Positions 9,234 through 16,595 of a DNA stretch of 62,004 nucleotides are shown piece by piece. Source of the stretch: Candidatus Levybacteria bacterium RIFCSPHIGHO2_01_FULL_36_15 (GTDB taxonomy: Bacteria > Patescibacteriota > Microgenomatia > Levybacterales > GWA1-39-11). The DNA is taken from positions 1 to 62,004 of the forward strand of contig MFNJ01000048.1 in the NCBI GenBank assembly GCA_001782015.1. Reading direction: 5' to 3'. Numbering within the stretch: the stretch's first letter is position 1; each line of letters begins with the position of its first letter. A program made the translations under genes and the position numbers. The notes beneath the pieces were generated by a model that saw nothing but the letters and a program-made list of their open reading frames with translations, did no database searches and was not told the origin of the DNA.

Positions 9234-9995
9234 ATGATTATAAAAGTAAAACAATTGATACAATCAATAATTCCGCCAGGAAATTATATTTCGCCGTTTG
9301 CAAATACGCTAAATAATCATGTTGTTATCATTACCGGCGGTTGTAGAAATGTCGGTAAAGCAATAGCCGAAAGTCTTTACAAAGAAGGTGCTAGTCTTGC
9401 TCTTGTTTCCAGAAATGATACAAATTTTAATAATTTTTTAAACTTTGATCCTAAAAGAATTCTTTTAATAAAAGCTAACTGCATAAATAAAGAAGATGTT
9501 AATCGCGTAGTAAATCTTACCATTGATAAATATGGAAAAGTGAATACTCTAATAAATTGCGCCGGGAAATTTATAAATAAACCATTCGTCAACACATCAA
9601 TTAATGATTATAATTTGGTGATAGACAATAATTTGAAGAGCGCATTTCTTATGTCCAGCGCAGTAGTACCCGTGTTTAAAAAGCATAAAGGCGGTTTAAT
9701 CATCAACATTGGCAGTAAAATAAGCCATAACACTAATATAACGCCCAATAAGGTTTTATATGCAACCGCCAAATATGCCATAGAAGGATTTTCTTTTGCT
9801 CTTAACAAAGAATTAAAACCCTATGGTGTTCGAGTTACCTGCCTCATGCCAGCAACAATTAATACATTTCTGTCTCTTAATTCAAAAAATTACTTATCAG
9901 CCTATGACATTTCTTCTGTAGCGTTAATGCTTATTAAATTTAAAAATATTGATTTTGAAGGAATAATTTTCAAATCAATAAAACATGATATATGA
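9234..9995 (+). CDS. Short-chain dehydrogenase/reductase (SDR)
   Basis: It has the Rossmann motif ITGGCRNVGKA, NCAG and the catalytic YATAKYA (YxxxK). Confidence 0.85.
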   Translation: MIIKVKQLIQSIIPPGNYISPFANTLNNHVVIITGGCRNVGKAIAESLYKEGASLALVSRNDTNFNNFLNFDPKRILLIKANCINKEDVNRVVNLTIDKYGKVNTLINCAGKFINKPFVNTSINDYNLVIDNNLKSAFLMSSAVVPVFKKHKGGLIINIGSKISHNTNITPNKVLYATAKYAIEGFSFALNKELKPYGVRVTCLMPATINTFLSLNSKNYLSAYDISSVALMLIKFKNIDFEGIIFKSIKHDI

Positions 9996-10016
9996 GAACA
10001 TTTAGCGTTTTTAATA

Positions 10017-10046
10017 TTGTCAACAAGTTAAATTTTAAAATATATT
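10017..10046 (+). promoter_or_regulatory. Possible internal promoter (TTGTCA-18-TATATT) in the only sizeable gap of the island
   Basis: The hexamers were read directly in the 116-nt gap between the SDR gene and the second GT2 gene. Confidence 0.3.
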
Positions 10047-10111
10047 TACAGAACTAATAAAAATGGGACAAATTGTGTCATTAAAGTTTTAGATGAAGCA
10101 AAAAAAGTTAT

Positions 10112-11044
10112 ATGAAAAATAAATCAAAATATACGGTAACAATCGGTATCCCTGTGTATAATGAAGAGGCAAATATTGATAATCTACTTATTTCCTTGCT
10201 CAACCAAAAGTGTGGTAATTTTGTTCTGCGAGAAATAAGTATATATTCCGACGGCAGTACTGACAAAACTCATGAGAAAATTGAAACACTAATACAAAAA
10301 AACCCAATTATCAAATTAAAAAAAGATAGGCAAAGAAAAGGGAAATATTTCAGAGTTAACCAGATTTTCAGAGAATGTAAAAGCGATATAATAGTTGTTT
10401 TAGATGCTGATATAGCTTTGGTAGGAAACCGTTTTTTAGAAAAACTTGTGGGAGTGTTGATAGCGGATGACAACGCAAAAATGGTTGCAGCTCACCAAAT
10501 CCCTTTACGCCCAGATAATTTTATAGGGAAAGTTATTCACGCAAGTTTTGTTCTTTGGGATTTTGTAAGATTAAGCATTCCTAATCATAACAGCGCCCTT
10601 AATTTCTTTGGGTCTGCCACAGCCTACAGAGGTTCTTTTGCGCAATCTGTTGTTATACCCACTTTTTTATCCGACCCACATTTGTTTATATATTTAATGG
10701 CAGACAAGACTAACGGATTTAGATATTGCCGTAGCGCAGAAATACTACAATGGTCCATTGCTACATTAAGCGATTTGGAAAAACTTTTGCGCCGCACAAT
10801 CGGAAAAAAAGATGAGAAGCTAGAAAAGATGTTCGGGGACAAGATTAAAAAAGTGTATTTTATCCCTTGGCAATACAAATTAATTGGGATTTTGAAGACT
10901 TTTATACGTCTACCTTTCTATGCCCCGCTTGCATTATTATTGAATTTAATTATGCTCAAAAGAGCAGCTTTTCTAAAACCCGATACATCACCAATATGGG
11001 ACATTGTTACATCTACAAAAAAACCGATAAAATATGAAAAATAA
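10112..11044 (+). CDS. GT2 family glycosyltransferase (paralogue of 8310-9227)
   Basis: Motifs are TVTIGIPVYNEEANI, YSDGSTDKT and LDADI, with the same C-terminal WDIVTSTK signature. Confidence 0.85.
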   Translation: MKNKSKYTVTIGIPVYNEEANIDNLLISLLNQKCGNFVLREISIYSDGSTDKTHEKIETLIQKNPIIKLKKDRQRKGKYFRVNQIFRECKSDIIVVLDADIALVGNRFLEKLVGVLIADDNAKMVAAHQIPLRPDNFIGKVIHASFVLWDFVRLSIPNHNSALNFFGSATAYRGSFAQSVVIPTFLSDPHLFIYLMADKTNGFRYCRSAEILQWSIATLSDLEKLLRRTIGKKDEKLEKMFGDKIKKVYFIPWQYKLIGILKTFIRLPFYAPLALLLNLIMLKRAAFLKPDTSPIWDIVTSTKKPIKYEK

Positions 11045-12149
11045 CAAAAAATCACTGATAATTATTTCAACCTATGACGACATAAAAAATCCGTTCTATG
11101 GTGGAGGAGGGGCTATTGCAATTCATGAATTAGCAAAAAGAATATGCTGTAAATATAGTATTAGAATACTAAGCTGGAACCATTCAGGAAAAACAAGAGA
11201 AAACATAGACGGCGTGGATTATGAAAGATTTGGGCTAAAATTTTTGCATCCAAAACTTTCAATGTTAGTTTTTCAATTGGCATTACCATTGATTATAATC
11301 TTTAAAAAATATGATCTGTGGTTAGAAAGTTTTTCTCCTCCTCTGACAACATCTTTTCTGCCGTTATTCACTAAAAACACAGTGGTTGGTGTTGTGCACA
11401 TGCTTGCGGCAGAAGACATGCAAAGAAAATACAAGCTGCCATTTCATTTGATAGAAAATATTGGGATTAAAAAATACAAAAATATTATCGTCACTAGCAA
11501 GTCGTTAAAGGAAAAAGTGCTAAGGATCAACTCCAAATGTTCGGTTGCCGTGATAAGCAATGGAGTTGATAAAGTTAATAACAGAAAATTTTCATACAAA
11601 AATTACATTTTGTTTCTAGGAAGAATAGAAATTAACCAGAAAGGGATTGACCTGCTTATCCCAGCGTTCAAAAAATTTAATGAAGAAAAAAAATATGCTT
11701 ATAAATTAATTATTGCAGGATTTGGGGATCCAAAAGAATTAAAAAAATTGAAGCAGATTGTAGATAAATTTGACATTGATAAGTATGTAATATTTGAAGG
11801 CAGAGTATCGGGAAGAAAAAAAGAAACGCTTCTAAATTATGCTGCGTGTGCTGTTATACCGTCAAGGTTTGAAACCTATTCACTTGTTGGCCTTGAGGCA
11901 ATGGCACACGGTCTTCCAATAGTGTGCTTTGATATAAAAGGTCTTTCTTGGATTCCCGGTAAAGCAGCCAAAAAAGTACGCGCCTTTGATACTGATAAAT
12001 TATCAAAAGCAATCTCACAGGTTGTATCAGATCCATTACTCAGAAATTATATGAAAATTGAAGGAATAAAATACGCCAGAAAGTTTACCTGGAACTCAAT
12101 TTCAAAATTATATGACGACTATATTAGACATGTAACAGCCGGTTTATGA
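11034..12149 (+). CDS. GT4 family glycosyltransferase (paralogue of 6055-7173)
   Basis: Shared blocks are DDIKNP, YKLPF.LIE and FLGR.(D/E)INQKGIDLL. The E-x7-E motif is SRFETYSLVGLEAMAHGLPIVCFD. Confidence 0.85.
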   Translation: MKNNKKSLIIISTYDDIKNPFYGGGGAIAIHELAKRICCKYSIRILSWNHSGKTRENIDGVDYERFGLKFLHPKLSMLVFQLALPLIIIFKKYDLWLESFSPPLTTSFLPLFTKNTVVGVVHMLAAEDMQRKYKLPFHLIENIGIKKYKNIIVTSKSLKEKVLRINSKCSVAVISNGVDKVNNRKFSYKNYILFLGRIEINQKGIDLLIPAFKKFNEEKKYAYKLIIAGFGDPKELKKLKQIVDKFDIDKYVIFEGRVSGRKKETLLNYAACAVIPSRFETYSLVGLEAMAHGLPIVCFDIKGLSWIPGKAAKKVRAFDTDKLSKAISQVVSDPLLRNYMKIEGIKYARKFTWNSISKLYDDYIRHVTAGL

Positions 12150-12910
12150 GCAATAAATTAGTAAAACAAATACTTAATAAAAAGTTTAAATGTATTTTTA
12201 TATCGCCACATTTTGACGATGCAGTCCTCTCCTGTGGCAGTTTATTAATGCACTTGACTGGTAAAACCAGTATTACAATAATAAATGTTTTTACAAAGGC
12301 GCATAAAAAACCATACACTTTATCCGCGCGCAAATTCTTAAAAGAGTCAAACGGAGGAAGTGATGCCACTGTTTTATTTAAAGAAAGATTTAAGGAGGAT
12401 AAGAATGTGTTATCTTCCTTAAATGTAAAGATTATTAATCTTGGTTTGGTGGACGCATTGTTCAGAAAAAAAAATAATTTTAATTTTCTTGGTAAAGTAT
12501 TTCCGGAAATAAATCACATTTACCCCACTTATAAATGGCACGTTGTCAGAAGAATATCACCCCATGATCATGCAACAACTCAGTTAAAAAAAATACTTAA
12601 AAAGTTCAATGGGGAAAAAATTCTTGTATTTGCTCCATATGGCATTGGCAACCATGCAGATCACGTGATTACACGAAAAGTCTGCGAAGACTTATTTGAC
12701 AATCTGATTTTATACTCTGATTTTCCCTATAATCTCCGAGCTAATAATTATGGCCATGCTGATGAAAGTTATCAAGAATTTGAATTGAAAGTTAACCTTA
12801 GTAAAAAAAGCAGCCTAATAAAGTTATATAAAACGCAATTTCAGGGCTTATTTCCTGATGGCAAAGTTCCAAGCCACAAAGAAGTTTATTTCTTAAGTAA
12901 AAAATTATGA
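12146..12910 (+). CDS. PIG-L/LmbE family N-acetylglucosaminyl deacetylase
   Basis: It has the N-terminal ISPHFDDAVLSCG motif and the downstream zinc-ligand motif GNHADHV. Confidence 0.8.
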   Translation: MSNKLVKQILNKKFKCIFISPHFDDAVLSCGSLLMHLTGKTSITIINVFTKAHKKPYTLSARKFLKESNGGSDATVLFKERFKEDKNVLSSLNVKIINLGLVDALFRKKNNFNFLGKVFPEINHIYPTYKWHVVRRISPHDHATTQLKKILKKFNGEKILVFAPYGIGNHADHVITRKVCEDLFDNLILYSDFPYNLRANNYGHADESYQEFELKVNLSKKSSLIKLYKTQFQGLFPDGKVPSHKEVYFLSKKL

Positions 12911-13974
12911 AAACTATAATCTATAAAAAAATAGAGAGCAAGCTGTTGCAGGATTGGGTGTATCTTTGGGAGAATTCACCTTATGCTAATTATGTCAACT
13001 CTCCATACTGGTTTTTATCAGTCATGGAAAATTTCAAGTATAAAGACTATGTAATTATTTGTGTATACAAAAGTAATCATCTAGCAGCACTTGTTGCTCT
13101 TATTAAGGAAAAAAAATATTGTGTAGATTTTTATACAGTTCCCCCTGGAGATTTTGTCTGCGGCACACCTTTTTTAGTAGATCCAAAAGACGCAAAAATT
13201 ATGAGAGTATTAGTTAAAAAACTACTAGAAACAGGAAATATATTTATTGACAACGTTCCGGAAGATATAATAGCCTGTTTGAAAAAAAACACATCAGAAA
13301 TAGATTTTGCATCTTACAGTTTAAATTATTACATGAGTCTTCATAAAGACGAAACTGGGCAAGTATTCATAAGAAACAAAAAAAAACTTATGCGTAGAGC
13401 TCACGATATTGAAGAAAAACTTAAGCTGAAGTCTTTCAACGGGGAAAACCCAGATATATTAAAAATCGCTTTTGCAATTGACCAAGAAAGCAGAAAGAAG
13501 ACAAGAGGCTATAATGCTTTTTCATGTGAAGACACAAAAGGATTCTACGGGTCTCTTGCCAAACATTTTAAAAAAAACTTCTTGATCAATATTTTATACC
13601 ACGGTAACAAACCTATTGCTTATGAAATGGGTTTTGTTGTAGGATCCACTTTTTTTTGCAGCCAGATATCCTCCCTTAAAGAATATGACCGCTATTCTCT
13701 GGGAAGAGTACTGCTAATTAAGCTTTTCGAAGATTTAGTGACAAAAAATGTTAATACAATAGATTTTGGATCTGGTGATGACCATGTTAAAAAATCTTTT
13801 ACAAAGGAATATAGAGCTTTATATAAAGTTATTATTTCAAAGAAAATTGTAATTAGAAACTATCTTAAAATAACGTACCAATGTAAAAATATTATGTTCA
13901 ATTATCTGCAGCATCACATGACAGCTTATTCACTATACCGTAATATAAAAACACTTTTAATAATACGGGCATGA
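12907..13974 (+). CDS. FemAB/CelD-like GNAT-fold acyl- or aminoacyl-transferase (Acetyltransf_6-like)
   Basis: At 355 aa, its size and C-terminal block (AFAIDQESRKK...PIAYEMGF...LGRVLLIKLFED...IDFGSGDDHVKKSFT) resemble BioF2-like/CelD GNAT domains. This was assigned from memory. Confidence 0.55.
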   Translation: MKTIIYKKIESKLLQDWVYLWENSPYANYVNSPYWFLSVMENFKYKDYVIICVYKSNHLAALVALIKEKKYCVDFYTVPPGDFVCGTPFLVDPKDAKIMRVLVKKLLETGNIFIDNVPEDIIACLKKNTSEIDFASYSLNYYMSLHKDETGQVFIRNKKKLMRRAHDIEEKLKLKSFNGENPDILKIAFAIDQESRKKTRGYNAFSCEDTKGFYGSLAKHFKKNFLINILYHGNKPIAYEMGFVVGSTFFCSQISSLKEYDRYSLGRVLLIKLFEDLVTKNVNTIDFGSGDDHVKKSFTKEYRALYKVIISKKIVIRNYLKITYQCKNIMFNYLQHHMTAYSLYRNIKTLLIIRA

Positions 13975-15038
13975 ATAAATTTCAGACCGAAATAGTAAAA
14001 CAAGTAAACTTGACACTTATCAAGCAGTGGACAGATTTGTGGCAAAAAGCAGAGAACGCAAATATATTTAACTCTTACGAGTGGTTTTTGACATGCCAAA
14101 AGACATACGGCATAAAGGAATATGAAATATACGTGTGCCATAAAGAAAAGGATCTAGTTGCAATTCTGCCTTTGTTTTTCACCAGGTGTTTTGGAATAAA
14201 AGTAGCAAGTTCAATAGGTAATAAACATGTTGTAGGTACTCCTTTTTTGGTTGAAAAATACGATAAAGAGCTCCTGAAAAGTTTTTTTAGCAAAATATCT
14301 TCCAAGAGAAACCTTCATATAACAAAAATTGACAGCAGGGCAGTGGAAATACTTCATAACTCTTTTCCCGGTATGTTTTTTTCTTTAATATCCGTAAATC
14401 CATACATTGATTTTTCAGAGGATCCTTTAAAATCAATTTCTAAATCTACGCTAAGCAAAATCAAAATTATCCTTAGAAAAAACTCCGGCCAATTCAGTTT
14501 TAAAACTTACGAAGGCGGTAATAATTTACTCGAACATCTAAAAACAATGTTTGCAATTGATCAAAAAAGCGGAAAACAACGGCATTCTAAGGATATATTT
14601 TCAAATAAAGAAGAAAGAGATTTTTATACAAATATAGTGAAGTATTGCCAACGATTTGTTCAGCTTTGTTTTTTATATTACGAAAATACGCCTATTGCAT
14701 ATTCTTTTAATTTCAAAAACAGGAAAATCTACGTTGGTTATCAAACATCTTACCTTTTGGAACGCAGAAAACTCTCCCCCGGAAAAGTTATGATCATATA
14801 TATGCTAGAAAAATTAAAAAAAGATTCTGCTGATCTTCTGGATTTGTGCGGTGGAATAAGTTATTATAAACAGGAGTTTACACTCAAATATTATTTTCAA
14901 CACAACTTGTATTATTCTAAAAGTTTTCTAGTGATGAAGTGGTGGAAATTGATTAATTTAGCCAGAAGGATAAAGCAAATTGTTTTTCCTGAGAAATTTA
15001 CCAGAGACCATGAATTTCTTTTTAAAACTTTATCTTAA
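13971..15038 (+). CDS. FemAB/CelD-like GNAT-fold transferase (paralogue of 12907-13974)
   Basis: It has the same length (355 aa) and the same blocks (MFAIDQKSGKQ..., PIAYSFNF, PGKVMIIYMLEK, LDLCGGISYYKQEFT). Confidence 0.55.
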   Translation: MNKFQTEIVKQVNLTLIKQWTDLWQKAENANIFNSYEWFLTCQKTYGIKEYEIYVCHKEKDLVAILPLFFTRCFGIKVASSIGNKHVVGTPFLVEKYDKELLKSFFSKISSKRNLHITKIDSRAVEILHNSFPGMFFSLISVNPYIDFSEDPLKSISKSTLSKIKIILRKNSGQFSFKTYEGGNNLLEHLKTMFAIDQKSGKQRHSKDIFSNKEERDFYTNIVKYCQRFVQLCFLYYENTPIAYSFNFKNRKIYVGYQTSYLLERRKLSPGKVMIIYMLEKLKKDSADLLDLCGGISYYKQEFTLKYYFQHNLYYSKSFLVMKWWKLINLARRIKQIVFPEKFTRDHEFLFKTLS

Positions 15039-15044
15039 AAAGGT

Positions 15045-16595
15045 ATGTTAAAACTAATAAATAAAAAAAATAATATTTTTATATATATTCTCATTTTGAT
15101 TAGCGTATTGCTTTACGTATTTACATTAAGAGGTATATACGGTAACCCCAACGGAAATATGATAAAAAACAACCTTGATCAGGCAACTCGTCCTTTTGAA
15201 CTTTCTCCGGAAAGAGGAAGATATATTCTTTCTATGTCTTTGGCGGACAACAAATCTTTTTCTCTCTCCCAGACACTTGCCGATGCTGCATATCCCGATG
15301 TGGGTTATTATCAAGGAAGATTTTATATCAATTTTGCCCCGGGAATTTCATTAATTTCCTTACCGTTTTATTTAATTGGGAAATATTTCAATTTGTCCCA
15401 GATGTTTTCATTTTTTTCAATATCCATATTTGCGTTATTAAATATATTTCTTCTTTTTAAAATTAGTAAAAATCTATTTAAACTTCCTGATTGGATATCA
15501 GTTTTTGTTTCCATTGTATTTGCTTTTGCTTCCACCTCCTGGAGTTATGCGATAACTTTGTATCAACATCACGTGACAACATTTTTTATAATTTCTTCAT
15601 TTTACGCTGTTTGGAAATACAAACAAAATAAAAAAAGAAGCTTTTTTTGGGCAATTTTTATATGGTTTAACTACGCTCTTGCCATATTAATTGATTACCC
15701 AAATGCGATTCTTATGCTTCCTATTATGATCTATTTCTTTTTATCCTCGTTTAAAATTTCAAAATTAAAAGAAAAGATCCAGATTAATTTCAGGTTGGGA
15801 ATAGTATTGACTTCATTTATATTTATATTAATCACCGGTCTTCATGGATATTACAACTTTGTAAACTTTGGCGGATGGAATAAGGTCAGCGGAGGATTGG
15901 TAAGTTACAAAATAATCAAAGAACAAAAATTACTTAACAAACAAAGCGGTAAAATTGTTATAGAACAGATGAAGGAAAAAAAAGATAATTCAGGATTTTT
16001 CAAAGAGGAAAGAATCCCTTTTGGAATTTATGAATTATTAATTGCTCCTGATAAGGGAATCTTTGTATTTTCACCAATATTTATTCTTGCATTGGTTGGA
16101 ATATTTTTTACAATAAAACAAGTCAACCTTGAAAAAGCAATACTTTTAGCCACAGTTGGGGTAAATTTATTCCTATATAGCAGTTGGGGTGATCCGTGGG
16201 GAGGATGGGCGTATGGTCCAAGATATTTAATTATCTCTATGGCTGTTTTATCAATCTTTATCGGAATTTTTTTGCACAAAATAAAATTTAAACTTCTGGG
16301 TAAAATAGTTACTTTTGTGCTCTTCGCATTTTCAAGCGCTGTTGCTCTCCTTGGAGCACTTACAACAAACGCTGTACCTCCCAAAATTGAAGCAGATTAT
16401 TTGAATATGAAATACGGGTTTATGTTAAACATTGATTTTCTTAAAAACAACAGGAGCGGAACTTTTGTATATAGCCATTTTCTCTCAGATAATCTTTCTC
16501 TTATTAATTACTTCCTGATTATATTTGCAGTTTTACTGCTCATGGCATTTATAGTTTTATTCATTCTGCCCAAAATAGAAAAAAATGAAAATTAG
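15045..16595 (+). CDS. Polytopic GT-C-fold-like membrane glycosyltransferase or polymerase (ArnT/PMT-like)
   Basis: The 516-aa protein has more than 10 predicted TM helices and an early loop region, in a glycan-island context. No soluble domain was seen. Confidence 0.5.
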   Translation: MLKLINKKNNIFIYILILISVLLYVFTLRGIYGNPNGNMIKNNLDQATRPFELSPERGRYILSMSLADNKSFSLSQTLADAAYPDVGYYQGRFYINFAPGISLISLPFYLIGKYFNLSQMFSFFSISIFALLNIFLLFKISKNLFKLPDWISVFVSIVFAFASTSWSYAITLYQHHVTTFFIISSFYAVWKYKQNKKRSFFWAIFIWFNYALAILIDYPNAILMLPIMIYFFLSSFKISKLKEKIQINFRLGIVLTSFIFILITGLHGYYNFVNFGGWNKVSGGLVSYKIIKEQKLLNKQSGKIVIEQMKEKKDNSGFFKEERIPFGIYELLIAPDKGIFVFSPIFILALVGIFFTIKQVNLEKAILLATVGVNLFLYSSWGDPWGGWAYGPRYLIISMAVLSIFIGIFLHKIKFKLLGKIVTFVLFAFSSAVALLGALTTNAVPPKIEADYLNMKYGFMLNIDFLKNNRSGTFVYSHFLSDNLSLINYFLIIFAVLLLMAFIVLFILPKIEKNEN

